From assembly GCA_963619935.1 (NCBI GenBank), contig CAVEYA010000067.1, positions 38-64,037 on the forward strand: a DNA stretch of 64,000 nt. The letters are read 5' to 3'. Below the pieces are notes generated by a model that had not been told where the DNA came from, did no database searches, and saw only the letters and a list, made by a program, of their open reading frames with translations. Numbering within the stretch: the stretch's first letter is position 1; every line of letters begins with the position of its first letter. Both the position numbers and the translations under genes were made by a program. Of this stretch, positions 39,489-51,904 are shown piece by piece. The DNA comes from a bacterium (GTDB lineage Bacteria > Bacillota_I > Bacilli_A > RFN20 > CAG-826).

Positions 39489-41082
39489 ATTTACTTTTTA
39501 TTTCAATGGTTATTTTATTTAAATTAATTTTTTTCACTTGGAAGGTATAGTTTAAAGATTCACCATTATCAAAGGTAAAGTCTTTAAAGACGGTGATGCC
39601 AAAATCATCACCATATTTAAATAAAGTGTCATTATTCGCTGCTTTACCATTTATAAATGTATTCTCTCCACTACTTTCTAATAAATGACATAAGACAGGC
39701 GTGTTCATAGCCTGCGCGTCAGTAACTGTATTACTATAAGCAAAATCGACGCAGTAATTTTTGCCTTTAAGTTTATTAGCGGCGTCATTATCATCAATTT
39801 TACAAATAAGCGCACTATTGCCTCCTTTTGGGAAATAGCCTAAAGAAGCATTGATATGATAAATTCTTAATCCATGATGGTTAATATAATTAAAAACTCC
39901 TCGTTCACCATTTTTATCATAATAAGTAAAACTTGCGTCAATATCATTTAATCCATCCGGAGTAAAGTATTCTATTAATAGATATTCATCATAAGGTGTG
40001 CCGTTATATTTACTAGTCGGCACTAAAATACATTCACCGGTTTTAGTAAAGGATGATAATTCAACGGTAGTGTTCACATTATCTTTTAATACTTTCGGAG
40101 ATATCCAGTTTAATAAATATTTACTAAATGGATTTTCGTCTCCCACATTATAATCCATCATGTCAAAGCAACCAGTTGGTTGGTAATGATAATCATTCGC
40201 CACACCAGTTTCATCTGGCAAATATAAAGTATTATAGTAATCATCTAAACCAAAGATATGACCAGTTTCATGTAATAAATAATTTGTGGTGGAAATATTC
40301 ATTTTTGAAGCAGTGTTACCTTGATCAATGCACTCAATTGATGACCAAGAATATTGATTCGCATATGGTTTAGTGGTGTTATAACCCCATTCATTTTCTT
40401 TGACATTATAACTATATGCCCAGAATATTGAACTACCATTATTCTTTTCTAATGGATGGTCATAGATTGCGTAAATACCATCAATATAGCCATCATTATC
40501 TAAATCATAATCGCTTAAGTTAATTAAGGTATTTTCCTTTAAATAATCAATAGCCTTAGCCACTAAGATATTACTTGCGGTCATATAAGAAGTAGATAAA
40601 TTCTTCCATTCACTAGAAGATATCCCCGCGTTATACCATGGAGCAACTTCTCCAGTTAATTTTAATTGCCCATAAGAAGATTTATTAAAATAAGAGGCCA
40701 CCGATTCATAATTTGTGTGGCTTTCTTCACCAAAGAAAGCATTTTGAATTAAGATTGTTTTTCTATCTTGTGTGCTCTTATCACTATCTGAGAAATAAAT
40801 TGGAACCACTAATAGTTTTCTTTCCCCAGTAGGCACCATATTCATACGACTACGATTATTCTTATAGTTATTGTATAAATCTCTATAACTAGAAATTGTG
40901 CCATTTATGTAAGAAATGGTTTTATTCTCTTTTAATTGATAAAAATATTCATTATCACTATCAACTCTTAATTCTTGAGCATCAACATAATTACTAAAAG
41001 GAGCAAAAACAAGCGGAATTGCTTGATTACAGCTAGTTAAGCAAATAGGTAATACAAATAATGATAAATAACGTTTTTTCAT
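39487..41082 (-). CDS. M6 (immune inhibitor A)-like zinc metalloprotease lipoprotein, paralog A
   Basis: Lipobox LTSC; HETGHIFGLDDYY zinc site (HExxH-x-GL-D-Y as in InhA/TIGR03296); 531 aa. Confidence 0.65.
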   Translation of the reverse strand: MKKRYLSLFVLPICLTSCNQAIPLVFAPFSNYVDAQELRVDSDNEYFYQLKENKTISYINGTISSYRDLYNNYKNNRSRMNMVPTGERKLLVVPIYFSDSDKSTQDRKTILIQNAFFGEESHTNYESVASYFNKSSYGQLKLTGEVAPWYNAGISSSEWKNLSTSYMTASNILVAKAIDYLKENTLINLSDYDLDNDGYIDGIYAIYDHPLEKNNGSSIFWAYSYNVKENEWGYNTTKPYANQYSWSSIECIDQGNTASKMNISTTNYLLHETGHIFGLDDYYNTLYLPDETGVANDYHYQPTGCFDMMDYNVGDENPFSKYLLNWISPKVLKDNVNTTVELSSFTKTGECILVPTSKYNGTPYDEYLLIEYFTPDGLNDIDASFTYYDKNGERGVFNYINHHGLRIYHINASLGYFPKGGNSALICKIDDNDAANKLKGKNYCVDFAYSNTVTDAQAMNTPVLCHLLESSGENTFINGKAANNDTLFKYGDDFGITVFKDFTFDNGESLNYTFQVKKINLNKITIEIKSK

Positions 41083-41117
41083 CTTAAATACAATTTTAAT
41101 CGTTATTTTATTTTTGT

Positions 41118-41150
41118 AAATAAAAAGGCGCCTATCATAGACGCCTAGTT
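41118..41150 (-). terminator. Rho-independent terminator between the two M6-like genes
   Basis: AGGCG...CGCCT hairpin with T-run on the minus strand. Confidence 0.5.
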
Positions 41151-41166
41151 ATTTAGTTAAATAAGA

Positions 41167-42750
41167 TTAAATCTTACTAAATGAGATTGTGGCACTTTCG
41201 AAACCATTAATCGCCTTAATAGTAAATTTGAAACCTAACTTAGTATCATATTTACCACTAATGCCATGGACTTTGTAATTTTGATAGATTGTGCCTTTGG
41301 CCCCGAATGTATCACCTTCCACAAATAAGCAAGAATCATCAGCAGTTCTTTGTGATTTCATGGTCTTACCATTTGCAGGTAATAATTCTAATAATTTATA
41401 GCCTGGATAAATGGAGTCACTGGCGGTGTTATCACAAGCAAAGCCTGTGTAACTTTGATCGCCTTTAGAAATAGTGCTTACAAACCCACTACATTCATAA
41501 GAAGAACTAGCAGAACTATAGGTATATAAACCTAATCTAGCATCGACAAGTGTCACTTTAATGCCAGCTTTAGAATAATACTTTGGATAAATTCCTAAAT
41601 ATTTTTCTTCACCATCTTTTTTCGCCACCCCTTCAGGAGTAATAAATTCAATGGCAAGGTATTGATCTAATAATGTGTTTTTATATTTACCTTGGACTGG
41701 AACAATAATAAAGTCACCAGTTGTGGTTGTAGACCTAATAGTAATTGTGCTACTACCAGTCACCACGTATGGGGAAATCCAACCATACCATGCTTTACTA
41801 ACAGCGTTATGATCACCAATATTGTTATCCATCATATCTAAGCCACCTAAACCACTATAATCAGAACCACTGTAGTCTGTGATATAGTAGTCTGGAAGAC
41901 CTAAGACGTGACCAAATTCATGAGTCATGGTGTGTGCGTCAGGTTTAATGCTATTATTCACAATTTCTTCTTTTGTATAATAACCAGTTGATCTAGTAGT
42001 AGAATCATACTTCTCGTAGAAGAAATTATAAGATGCCCAGAAGAAACGGTTAATACCTTCTAATTCTGGATTATATTTGCCATATGCACCACCAACACTC
42101 CAACAAAATGCCCACCATAATTCACCTGTGGTGGTAATAGGAGCGGTATAAATCATAATTAATGCATCTACATAACCATCTTTATTCGCATCATATTCTG
42201 TTAAATCAATTTCACTTGAGTGTTCACGGTAATAATCTTGAATCGCAACCGCAATTTTTTGTGAACCGGATGTGCCATATTGTTTTGCATAATCTGTAGA
42301 CTTAACGTTTGTGTGCCATGTAGGACCAACATCTCCTGTTACATTGCAAGTGCCATAGGAACTTGATTTGTAATAGCTTGCTAAAGAATACCAATCAGTT
42401 TCTTCAGTTTCACCAAACATAACTGTATTTAATTGTTCTTTAAAGCCTTCTTCACCATATGGAACAGTTGTCTCAATTGGATAGTCGGTAAAGTCAACTG
42501 GAATAACCAAGGCTCTAACGTCACTAATGACATAGTTCTTGGCGGATTCGCCTTCACTATTTTGGCCTTTTACAGTTGTGTATTGTTCAGCAGTATAGCT
42601 CATACCATTGATTCTTAATGAACGATAGGTACTATCATAATCAAATGGATTGGCCTTGAAATAATTTTGCTTACTACCACAACCAGTAGCAGTGATTGCT
42701 AAGGCACTAGCGAGGACAAATGATTTTAATAAACTTAATTTTTTCATCAT
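41167..42750 (-). CDS. M6-like zinc metalloprotease lipoprotein, paralog B
   Basis: Lipobox ATGCGS; HEFGHVLGLPDYY; 527 aa; AGGAG RBS. Confidence 0.65.
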   Translation of the reverse strand: MMKKLSLLKSFVLASALAITATGCGSKQNYFKANPFDYDSTYRSLRINGMSYTAEQYTTVKGQNSEGESAKNYVISDVRALVIPVDFTDYPIETTVPYGEEGFKEQLNTVMFGETEETDWYSLASYYKSSSYGTCNVTGDVGPTWHTNVKSTDYAKQYGTSGSQKIAVAIQDYYREHSSEIDLTEYDANKDGYVDALIMIYTAPITTTGELWWAFCWSVGGAYGKYNPELEGINRFFWASYNFFYEKYDSTTRSTGYYTKEEIVNNSIKPDAHTMTHEFGHVLGLPDYYITDYSGSDYSGLGGLDMMDNNIGDHNAVSKAWYGWISPYVVTGSSTITIRSTTTTGDFIIVPVQGKYKNTLLDQYLAIEFITPEGVAKKDGEEKYLGIYPKYYSKAGIKVTLVDARLGLYTYSSASSSYECSGFVSTISKGDQSYTGFACDNTASDSIYPGYKLLELLPANGKTMKSQRTADDSCLFVEGDTFGAKGTIYQNYKVHGISGKYDTKLGFKFTIKAINGFESATISFSKI

Positions 42751-42811
42751 CTTTCTCCTAACTAATAGAGTGTGCCCCTCACCTAAAGAGGGTATTGGGG
42801 CAAACTGCTAT

Positions 42812-45800
42812 TTATTTTTTATCTTCGTCAGCTTTTCTAATCTTTTCTTGGATTTGGCTAATCGCTTTATCGTGTTCTTCAATATAACGATCGCTGACTT
42901 CTTTCATCTTATCTTCTACAGTGAAGTGGTCAAGAATGTTGTTTTCTTGTTGTTCACTGAATAATCCACGTCCTGCTGGAATTAAGTGACCAGTAATGAC
43001 GTTTTCTTTTAAACCATGTAAGTAATCGGTCTTGCCCATAATGGCAGCATCGGTAAGTACTTTTGTGGTTTGTTGGAAGGATGCAGCGGATAAGAAGGAA
43101 TCGGTTTCAAGTGCGGATTTAGTAATACCTAACACAAGTGGGGAGAACACCGCTGGGCGTTTTCCGTTAAGAATTGCTTCTTTGTTCTTGGCGGTAAAGG
43201 TATTTAAACTCACACGTGTGCCCGCTAACATATCGGTGTCGCCAGCTTCAATGACGTAGACTTTACGTAACATTTGACGGACGATAACTTCAATATGCTT
43301 ATCGGAAATACCGATACTTTGTGCACCGTACACTTTATGTACTTCTTTGAGGATGTATCTTTCCACTTTTGCGACATCAGATACTTCGAGTAATTCCATT
43401 GGGGAAATTGCACCTTCAGTAATCTTGTCACCATTTCTAATGACGTCGCCTTCTTTAACTCTTAAGTGAGCGCCGAAGTTAGTGTGGTAACTTCTTTCTT
43501 CTAAGGAGTTACGCACTGTGACATCATAACAACCATTATTTTCTTTAATCTTGGTAACTTTACCACAGATTTGAGAAATGAGAGCTTGTCCTTTTGGTGT
43601 ACGTGCTTCGAATAATTCTTGGACACGAGGTAAACCTTGAGTAATATCGCTACCAGCAACACCACCAGTATGGAATGTTCTCATGGTTAATTGAGTACCA
43701 GGTTCACCGATGGATTGAGCAGCCATAATACCAACTGCTTCACCAACTTCAACTAATCGACCTGTCGCAAGGTTACGGCCATAACAATGGACACAGACAC
43801 CATCTTTAGTTTGACATGTTAATAAGCTTCTAATTTCAACACTCTTAATGCCAGCATCGACGATTTCTTTCGCTTTTGCTTCATTAATTAATGTATTAGC
43901 GGCAACAATCACTTCACCAGTTTCTGGGTGAATGATATCGCGCATAGAGAATCGACCAACAAGTCTATCTTCTAATTTGACCACCACTGTTTGACGAGCG
44001 GAGTCAATAATATCAGTGACAACGAAGCCGTGGTCAGTACCACAATCTTCTTCTCTCACGATAACATCTTGAGAAACGTCAACTAATCTTCTTGTTAAGT
44101 AACCAGAGTCAGCAGTCTTTAAGGCTGTATCAGCACCACCCTTACGGGCACCGTGAGTAGCAATAAAGAATTCAGACACGGACATACCTTCACGGAAACA
44201 ACGTTTAACTGGTAATTCAATAGTTTCACCGGATGTAGAACCCATCAAACCTCTCATACCAGAAAGTTGTAAGATGTTAGAAATGTTACCACGAGCACCA
44301 GAATCAAACATCATGAAGATAGAATTATATCTGTCTTTACCAACTTGTTTCTTTAATGCACCTTCGACATCATCTTTTACTTTAGACCAAACATCGATAA
44401 CTTGTTTGTGTCTTTCTTCGTTTGTTAATAAACCCATCTCATAAAGACTTGCGAGTTCATTGACTCTATCATCACCAGCTTTGATGATTTCTTCCTTACC
44501 TTCAACAGTCTTGATATCACTGAAGGAAACTGTTAAACCAGCAACTGTGGAATAATGGAAACCTTGGTCTTTGATTTTATCAAGAACAGCAGAAGTCTTT
44601 TGGATACCATTACGATCATATTTTTGGAAGATTGCATTAATGATTTGGCCTAAGGCTTTCTTACCAAATGGAGCAACGATATCTTTCTTTTTGGCTAATA
44701 ATTCAGGAATATTTGTGCCACGTGGGACAAATGTTAATTGAGTTTTATCGCCTTTTAATGCTTTTTCATTCACAACATTTAAGTATGGGAAGTCAGCTGG
44801 GAAAATAAGGTTGAAGATTACTTTACCAACAGTGGTAATTAAGTAAGATTTATTTTCTTCTTCGGTAAATGTTGATTTTTTCATCGCACTACCAACAATG
44901 GCAATACGGTTATGTAAGTGAACTTGTTTAGTTTGATAAGCTAATAATACATCATCAACGTTGCGGAAGAGTTTGCCTTCACTAGCAGCGTATAATTCGT
45001 ATTTTTCCGCCTCATCATCGTCACCAGCAGCATGTAATTTCTTGGCTTTTGCTAAGAATTCAGCTTTGGTTTCTTCCATGGTTAAGTAGTAGTTACCAAT
45101 AACCATATCTTGGGAAGGAGTAACGATTGGCTTACCATCTTTAGGACCTAAAATGTTGTTACTAGCAAGCATTAAGTCTAAAGCTTCTTCTTGAGCAGCT
45201 TTGCTTAATGGCACGTGAACCGCCATCTGGTCACCATCGAAGTCAGCGTTGAATCCGGTACACACTAATGGGTGTAAACGAATAGCACGACCATCAACTA
45301 AGATTGGTTGGAAAGCTTGAATACCAAGTCTATGTAAGGTAGGAGCACGGTTTAATAAGACTGGGTGTTTAGAAATAATTTCTTCCACGATATCAAGAAC
45401 GATTGGATCATAACGATCAATAATCTTGTCTGCAGCCTTATGCGCGTTCGCGACCTTTCTATTAATTAATTCACAAGCAATGAATGGACGGAGTAATTGC
45501 ACCGCCATTTCTCTTGGTAAACCACATTGATACATCTTTAAGAATGGACCAACCGCAATAACGGAACGACCAGAGTAGTCAACACGTTTACCTAATAAGT
45601 TTTGTCTGAAACGACCTTGTTTACCTTTTAAGGCACTAGATAAGCTCTTAAGAGCTCTTCCGCCAGGGCCTGTCACAGGTTTATTTCTACGGCCGTTATC
45701 AATTAAAGCGTCCACGGCTTCTTGAAGCATACGTTTTTCGTTGTTCAAGATAACTTGTGGGGAATTCATATCGATTAATTTCTTTAAACGGTTATTTCTA

Positions 45801-46729
45801 GAAATAACACGACGATATAAATCGTTTAAATCAGAAGTAGCAAATCTGCCACCATCGAGTTGAAGCATTGGTCTTAAATCTGGTGGAATGACTGGAATAA
45901 CATCAAGCACCATCCATTCAGGTTTATTATTAGATTTTCTAAAAGCATCAATAACTTCTAATCTCTTAGTTAACTTTTGACGGTTAATTGGAGTCGCTTT
46001 TTTGATATCGGCTTCTAATTTTGCCGCTTCATCATCTAAATTGACTTCCGCTAAAAGCTTTTTAATTGCATCAGCACCTTCGGAGAATTGTGCTCCAAAG
46101 AATTTAGCGATGAAATCAGCAACAGATTGGTAATCGAAGACTTCACCACGATTTTCCATTGAGGAAATATAGCCTTCCGCAGTGGCAACTTCAATATCGT
46201 TTAGATTTAATTCTTCACGACGATTTAAGATTTCACGAACGACTGGAATAAAGATTTCACGGCCATTACGTTCATTAATAAATTCACGTGTGTAAAGAAG
46301 TTCTGATTTACCAGGATTTAAGCAAATGTGGCCAGCGTAGTAAGCAACTTCTTCTAAGTCTTTAGGAGAAATACCTAAAACAAGACCAATTCTGCTTGGG
46401 ATACCTTTAAGGTACCAGATGTGAGTACATGGAGCATGTAATTCAATATGACCCATTCTTTCACGACGCACATCTTTTGTGGTGACTTCAACACCACACT
46501 TTTCACAGACCATGCCGGCAAATCTAATTTTCTTATATCTACCACAATTACATTCGTAATCTTTTGCAGGTCCAAAGATTTTTTCGCAGTATAAACCATC
46601 TTTTTCTGGCTTTTGACTACGATAGTTAATGGTTTCTGGTTTTAATACTTCACCATGAGACCATTTACGAATAACTTCAGGGGAGGCAAGTCCGACTTGG
46701 ATTGCCGCTAATTTTTTGACATCAAACAT
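42812..46729 (-). CDS. rpoC: DNA-directed RNA polymerase beta' subunit
   Basis: 1305 aa, NADFDGD catalytic motif, zinc-binding cysteines. Confidence 0.98.
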   Translation of the reverse strand: MFDVKKLAAIQVGLASPEVIRKWSHGEVLKPETINYRSQKPEKDGLYCEKIFGPAKDYECNCGRYKKIRFAGMVCEKCGVEVTTKDVRRERMGHIELHAPCTHIWYLKGIPSRIGLVLGISPKDLEEVAYYAGHICLNPGKSELLYTREFINERNGREIFIPVVREILNRREELNLNDIEVATAEGYISSMENRGEVFDYQSVADFIAKFFGAQFSEGADAIKKLLAEVNLDDEAAKLEADIKKATPINRQKLTKRLEVIDAFRKSNNKPEWMVLDVIPVIPPDLRPMLQLDGGRFATSDLNDLYRRVISRNNRLKKLIDMNSPQVILNNEKRMLQEAVDALIDNGRRNKPVTGPGGRALKSLSSALKGKQGRFRQNLLGKRVDYSGRSVIAVGPFLKMYQCGLPREMAVQLLRPFIACELINRKVANAHKAADKIIDRYDPIVLDIVEEIISKHPVLLNRAPTLHRLGIQAFQPILVDGRAIRLHPLVCTGFNADFDGDQMAVHVPLSKAAQEEALDLMLASNNILGPKDGKPIVTPSQDMVIGNYYLTMEETKAEFLAKAKKLHAAGDDDEAEKYELYAASEGKLFRNVDDVLLAYQTKQVHLHNRIAIVGSAMKKSTFTEEENKSYLITTVGKVIFNLIFPADFPYLNVVNEKALKGDKTQLTFVPRGTNIPELLAKKKDIVAPFGKKALGQIINAIFQKYDRNGIQKTSAVLDKIKDQGFHYSTVAGLTVSFSDIKTVEGKEEIIKAGDDRVNELASLYEMGLLTNEERHKQVIDVWSKVKDDVEGALKKQVGKDRYNSIFMMFDSGARGNISNILQLSGMRGLMGSTSGETIELPVKRCFREGMSVSEFFIATHGARKGGADTALKTADSGYLTRRLVDVSQDVIVREEDCGTDHGFVVTDIIDSARQTVVVKLEDRLVGRFSMRDIIHPETGEVIVAANTLINEAKAKEIVDAGIKSVEIRSLLTCQTKDGVCVHCYGRNLATGRLVEVGEAVGIMAAQSIGEPGTQLTMRTFHTGGVAGSDITQGLPRVQELFEARTPKGQALISQICGKVTKIKENNGCYDVTVRNSLEERSYHTNFGAHLRVKEGDVIRNGDKITEGAISPMELLEVSDVAKVERYILKEVHKVYGAQSIGISDKHIEVIVRQMLRKVYVIEAGDTDMLAGTRVSLNTFTAKNKEAILNGKRPAVFSPLVLGITKSALETDSFLSAASFQQTTKVLTDAAIMGKTDYLHGLKENVITGHLIPAGRGLFSEQQENNILDHFTVEDKMKEVSDRYIEEHDKAISQIQEKIRKADEDKK

Positions 46730-46745
46730 CGTTATCTACCTCCAA

Positions 46746-49700
46746 TTAATCATCATATTTGTCATCGACATGACGTTCAGACATACCGAAGCCTTCATCT
46801 GTATCAACAGAGCTTTCAGTGCCTTCACTACCGCCGATCATCTTATGAATGTTTTGATTAGATTTTCTTTCTTCTTTGTTCACTTCTTTTGCAAGAGCGT
46901 CCATATCGATACTATTACCTTCGTTATCTAATAAAGTAACATTCATGGATAAGGCTTGTAATTCTTTTACAAGAACACGGAATGCTTCTGGCATACCTGG
47001 CTTTGGTAATTCCATGCCCTTAATAATGGCTTCGTAAGTTTTTCTACGACCCACTCTATCATCAGATTTAATAGTGATGATTTCTTGTAAGATGTGAGCA
47101 GCACCATAAGCTTCAAGTGCCCAGACTTCCATTTCACCGAATCTCTGACCACCGTTTTGGGCTTTACCACCTAAAGGTTGTTGTGTCACTAAGGAATATG
47201 GACCAGTTGCACGAGCGTGTAACTTATCATCAACCATGTGGACTAACTTAATCATATACATGACACCAACAGTGATTCTTTCATCAAATCTTTCACCGGT
47301 TGTGCCATCGTATAAGACGGTTTTGCCATCTTTGTCCATCTTGGCTTTTTCCATTAAATCATAGATTTCTTCGTTTGTAATACCATCGAAAACTGGTGTT
47401 GCAATCTTATAGCCAAGTTTCTTTAAGGCCATACCTAAATGGACTTCAAGAATCTGACCAATGTTCATACGAGATGGAACGCCTAATGGGTTAAGCATAA
47501 TATCGATTGGAGTACCATCAGGTAAGAATGGCATATCTGCGACAGGTAAGATACGGGAAATAACACCCTTATTACCGTGACGACCAGACATCTTATCACC
47601 TTCGGAGATCTTTCTCTTTTGGACGATATAGACTCTAACGATTTCATTAACTCCTGGTGGGAGTTCAACATCTTTACTTCTACCTTCACGTTTGAAAATC
47701 TTCACATCAAGGACGATACCTGCACCACCGTGTGGAACACGTAAGGAAGCATCTTTGCCTTCATTAGCTTTTTCATGGAAGATAGCCATTAATAATTTTT
47801 CTTCTGGTGTTGGTTCACTTTGACCACGTGGAGTTACTTTACCAACGAGAATATCGCCTTCTTTAACTTCACTACCAGGAATGATAATACCACGTTCATC
47901 TAAGTAAGCTTTTGCTGCTTCAGAAACGTTTGGAATATCACGAGTGATTTCTTCATCACCTAATTTTGGAATGCTTCTACATTCTAAGTCATATTTTTCA
48001 ATATGGACGGTTGTATAAACATCATCTTTTACAAGTCTTTCAGACATGATAACAGCGTCTTCATAGTTGTAACCATTCCATGTCATGAATGCGATAGTCA
48101 CGTTTTGACCTAAGGCTAAATCACCGTTCTGCATAGCAGGACCATCGGCAATAATGTCACCACGTTTAATCTTTTGACCCACTTTAACGATGGATTTTTG
48201 ATTAATACATGTGCCTTGGTTACTACGTTCAAACTTCGCTAAACGATAGACTCTTGGTTCTTCTTTTCCCTTTTCAATTACTTCAATACTGCGGGAATCA
48301 GTATAGGAAACAACACCATCTTCCACAGCAACAATAGCTAAGCCAGAGTCACGAGCAATTTGATGCTCAAGACCGGTGCCAACAAATGGAGCGTGTGGGT
48401 TTAATAATGGTAATGCTTGACGTTGCATGTTAGAACCCATCAAAGCACGCATTGTATCGTCGTTTTCAAGGAATGGGATACTACCAGCAGCAATAGAGAC
48501 GATTTGTTTTGGTGAAACGTCAACAAATTCGACATCATCTCTTGACGCCATAACGTTTTCGCCTTTATAACGAGCAACAACGTTTTCATCAAGAATTTCA
48601 CCATCTTCGCCTAAATTAATATTTGCTTCAGCGATGACCTTATCCCATTCTTCATCAGCAGATAAATAGACAGAGTCTTCTGCTTTAGAAAGAACAAAGG
48701 ATTTGCCATCTTTTTTCATCACTTTACGATATGGAGTTTCAATAAATCCATATTTATTTATTTTCGCGTATGACGCGAGGTTATTAATTAAACCAATGTT
48801 TTGACCTTCAGGTGTTTCAATAGGACAAATACGGCCATAGTGAGAAACGTGAACGTCACGAACTTCTGTGGAGGCTCTATCACGGGTTAAACCGCCAGGA
48901 CCTAAAGCAGAAAGTCTTCTCTTGTTGGTCAATTCAGCAAGAGGGTTAGTTTGATCCATAAATTGAGAAAGTTGTGAAGAAGCAAAGAATTCACGAATTG
49001 AAGCTTTTAATGGACGTGGATTAATTAATGCTTTTGGCTTCACATTACCTAAGTCAGAAATGGACATCTTTTGTTGTACGGTCTTAGCCATCTTAACTAA
49101 GCCAGTACGGAATTGGTTTTGAATTAATTCACCAACGCAACGAATTCTTCTGTTACCTAAGTGGTCGATGTCATCAGTATCACCGAATCCATCGATAACA
49201 TTTAAGAAGTATGAGAAAACCGCAATGATATCACTAATTGTGACATGGTTAGAAACGGAATTAAGGTTTGTACCAATAATTGGGCAAACTTCTTTCATCT
49301 TTTCGTTTTTATAAACTCTAACAATGTTCACAATGCCATCATCATCTAAGTTTTCATTAACATTTAATTTATGGGTGTGAGCACCTTTTTCAAAGAATTC
49401 TTCATTTCTTAAGGCTTCAACATCTTCAACAGATAATTTTGTGCCCTTGGTGAAACGAATATTCCCATCATTATCTTTTAAATGTTCCGCTAAAATGCGG
49501 TTTGGTAAACGATTATAAATACCAAGTTTCTTAATATATTTATAACGACCCGCGCGTCCTAAATCATAACGTTTATCATCAAAGAATTGTTCTTTTAAGT
49601 ACTTAACAGTACCTTCTTCTGTGATTGGTTCGCCTGGTTTCATCTTACGATAGATTTCCACTAAAGCGGCCTTCGCAGTTTTAATCTTTGAATCTTCTTC

Positions 49701-50369
49701 TTTACCAATAGTAGCTAATAAAGCTTCATTTTTACCGAATAAGCTTACGATATCTTCTTCAGTTTCAATGCCTATGGCTTTAAGAAGAATAGTCGCATGC
49801 ATCTTTCTTGCTCTATTGATACGAACGCTTAAGATATCATTCTTATCACTTTCAAATTGTAACCATGTTCCTCTACTTGGAATAAGGTCAGCACCATAAA
49901 GGTATTTTCCAGCTTTCATCTCTTTGCGGAGATAGGCACCTGGGGAGCGGACTAATTGCGAAACAATTACTCTTTCCGCACCATTGATGAGGAATGTACC
50001 ACCATTGGTCATTAATGGGAAATCTCCCATATAAACCTTGTCATCTTCTTGGATTTCACCATTTTCTCTTACTAAACGTAATTTCACATAGATAGGCGCA
50101 CTATAAGTGAGTTCTTGTGCTTTACAATCTAAGTAAGAATGTTTTGGTTCACCAAAGTACATGGATACATACTGTAATGAAAGACTTCCCGCATAGTTTT
50201 CAATTGGGAAAGACTCTTTGAATACTTCATCAAGGCCTTTTTCTTTAAATTCTTCATAAGACTTAGTTTGGATTTCCACAAGGTTAGGAAGTGGTAATTC
50301 ACCACTAATCTTGGAATAATCTACACGATCATTATTAAGTCTTTTTAAATCGGCAATATTTCTTGTCAT
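46746..50369 (-). CDS. rpoB: DNA-directed RNA polymerase beta subunit
   Basis: 1207 aa, conserved beta-subunit blocks. Confidence 0.98.
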   Translation of the reverse strand: MTRNIADLKRLNNDRVDYSKISGELPLPNLVEIQTKSYEEFKEKGLDEVFKESFPIENYAGSLSLQYVSMYFGEPKHSYLDCKAQELTYSAPIYVKLRLVRENGEIQEDDKVYMGDFPLMTNGGTFLINGAERVIVSQLVRSPGAYLRKEMKAGKYLYGADLIPSRGTWLQFESDKNDILSVRINRARKMHATILLKAIGIETEEDIVSLFGKNEALLATIGKEEDSKIKTAKAALVEIYRKMKPGEPITEEGTVKYLKEQFFDDKRYDLGRAGRYKYIKKLGIYNRLPNRILAEHLKDNDGNIRFTKGTKLSVEDVEALRNEEFFEKGAHTHKLNVNENLDDDGIVNIVRVYKNEKMKEVCPIIGTNLNSVSNHVTISDIIAVFSYFLNVIDGFGDTDDIDHLGNRRIRCVGELIQNQFRTGLVKMAKTVQQKMSISDLGNVKPKALINPRPLKASIREFFASSQLSQFMDQTNPLAELTNKRRLSALGPGGLTRDRASTEVRDVHVSHYGRICPIETPEGQNIGLINNLASYAKINKYGFIETPYRKVMKKDGKSFVLSKAEDSVYLSADEEWDKVIAEANINLGEDGEILDENVVARYKGENVMASRDDVEFVDVSPKQIVSIAAGSIPFLENDDTMRALMGSNMQRQALPLLNPHAPFVGTGLEHQIARDSGLAIVAVEDGVVSYTDSRSIEVIEKGKEEPRVYRLAKFERSNQGTCINQKSIVKVGQKIKRGDIIADGPAMQNGDLALGQNVTIAFMTWNGYNYEDAVIMSERLVKDDVYTTVHIEKYDLECRSIPKLGDEEITRDIPNVSEAAKAYLDERGIIIPGSEVKEGDILVGKVTPRGQSEPTPEEKLLMAIFHEKANEGKDASLRVPHGGAGIVLDVKIFKREGRSKDVELPPGVNEIVRVYIVQKRKISEGDKMSGRHGNKGVISRILPVADMPFLPDGTPIDIMLNPLGVPSRMNIGQILEVHLGMALKKLGYKIATPVFDGITNEEIYDLMEKAKMDKDGKTVLYDGTTGERFDERITVGVMYMIKLVHMVDDKLHARATGPYSLVTQQPLGGKAQNGGQRFGEMEVWALEAYGAAHILQEIITIKSDDRVGRRKTYEAIIKGMELPKPGMPEAFRVLVKELQALSMNVTLLDNEGNSIDMDALAKEVNKEERKSNQNIHKMIGGSEGTESSVDTDEGFGMSERHVDDKYDD

Positions 50370-50874
50370 TGAAATGGCTCCTTAAATCTAAATATTTACT
50401 TGCTCATCTAATCCTTTGCTAAGTAATTGACTGCTTCAGTGCTACCAAGCAAAGAATAATGAGCCCGCCATCAATTTAGTTGTATTTATTCTTTTACCCC
50501 CGAAATGATAACGATTTATCAATTCATTGAAGAATAGTTACAACAATTGAATCATTTTTTCCTTCGTTATTTTTCTTGTCACTGTGAAGGAGTGTGACTC
50601 ATTAGCTTAATCCAGATAAGATACTCGCAAACGCATACATATTCGCGCGTAATTTTATAGGCAGATATTTCTGCCCGCACTAACCTATAGTTAAGCTATT
50701 ATAAATTAGTGTAAATTTATCCTAATTATTTGAGAGGGGAGGCGGATAAATGCCGATTCTCCCCCTCAAAATAAATTATGGATTAGTATTAAGAGTGGAC
50801 TCTATTCGCTTTTTTGACGCTTTTAATATGCGCAAATAAAGTGGCTAATCTCTTTTTTGAATGAACTGAGTTAA
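50370..50874 (-). promoter_or_regulatory. unusually long (505 nt) rplL-rpoB intergenic leader with a GC-rich hairpin at about 50732-50769
   Basis: GAGAGGGGAGG...CTCCCCCTC stem in an otherwise AT-rich region; no U-tract after it on the transcribed strand. Confidence 0.4.
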
Positions 50875-51252
50875 TTATTTAACTTCGCATTCAGCGCCAG
50901 CAGCTTCTAAAGCTTTCTTGTGTTCTTCAGCTTCAACTGGTGAGATGTGTTCTTTGATAGCAACTGGTGCAGCATCAACTAATTTCTTAGCATCCATTAA
51001 GCCTAAGCCTGTGATTGCTTGAACTGCTTTGATGACTGGGACCTTGGATTGTCCAGCGCTCTTTAAGAATAAAGAGACTTCTGTTGGGCCAGCGGCTGGT
51101 CCTTCTTCTTCTGCTGGAGCAGCGGCAGCTGCAACTGGAGCAGCGGCTGTGACACCAAATTCTTCTTCGACTGCTTTGACTAATTCATTTAATTCGAGAA
51201 CTGTCATTTCTTTTAATGCAGCGATAATTTCTTCGTTTGTTAACTTTGCCAT
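50875..51252 (-). CDS. rplL: 50S ribosomal protein L7/L12
   Basis: 125 aa, Ala-rich hinge, conserved C-terminal domain. Confidence 0.95.
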   Translation of the reverse strand: MAKLTNEEIIAALKEMTVLELNELVKAVEEEFGVTAAAPVAAAAAPAEEEGPAAGPTEVSLFLKSAGQSKVPVIKAVQAITGLGLMDAKKLVDAAPVAIKEHISPVEAEEHKKALEAAGAECEVK

Positions 51253-51274
51253 ATTCTTTTCCTCCTAATTGGCA

Positions 51275-51763
51275 TTACTTTGCATCCGCCACAGCTTTAA
51301 CTGTGCAAGCAAATTGGCGGACTGGTGCTTGTAAGCACGATAAGAACATTGAAATGAGACCTTCTTTGCCTGGAAGTTTTGCAACTTCTTTGACTTTCGC
51401 TTCATCAGCGAATTGACCTTCGAGAATAGCACCCTTGATCTTAAGAGAATCTCCTAATCTTTTTGCATACTTTGCAATAACTTTTGGGCCTTTGACGACG
51501 TCTTTAGAGAAGATAATAGCGTTTGGACCATTTAAAACTTCATCTAATTCAGCGTGACCGAGTTCTTTATTAGCACGTTCGACTAAAGAGTTTTTGTAAA
51601 CACATAATTCTGCTTCTTCAGCTCTTAAAGCACGACGGATTTCTTGAATCTTGCTAACGGATAAACCACGGTATTCGACAACAACAATAGCGTTACTATC
51701 TTTGGCTTTGTTAACGATTTCATTAACTAAGTTTTGCTTTGCTTCTAAGACTTGTTTATTCAT
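51275..51763 (-). CDS. rplJ: 50S ribosomal protein L10
   Basis: 162 aa. Confidence 0.93.
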   Translation of the reverse strand: MNKQVLEAKQNLVNEIVNKAKDSNAIVVVEYRGLSVSKIQEIRRALRAEEAELCVYKNSLVERANKELGHAELDEVLNGPNAIIFSKDVVKGPKVIAKYAKRLGDSLKIKGAILEGQFADEAKVKEVAKLPGKEGLISMFLSCLQAPVRQFACTVKAVADAK

Positions 51764-51904
51764 ATTCTTGACCTCCTTTTTTTCAATTTGTTTTTTTGAG
51801 GCTCCAATATACTTGAGTTTTTAGAAATATTTTCTATGCCTCGGTAACATGATTAAGACTACGCGTCCGTTACTGTCTACGGTATATTGAAATCTTTGGA
51901 TTAA
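51764..51904 (-). promoter_or_regulatory. rplJ 5' leader (candidate L10 autoregulatory leader)
   Basis: 140-nt structured untranslated region between rplA and rplJ, the usual position of the L10(L12)4-binding leader. Confidence 0.3.

Noticed and set aside
42812-50369. Multiple 60-120 aa antisense/alternate-frame ORFs inside rpoB, rpoC, uvrA, fusA, nifJ and lipoprotein genes
   Set aside because: All are fully contained within strongly supported long genes, lack RBSs and have biased low-complexity composition.
50732-50769. GC-rich hairpin as Rho-independent terminator of rplL
   Set aside because: No U-tract follows it on the transcribed (minus) strand, so I kept it as an RNA structure of unknown function rather than a terminator.
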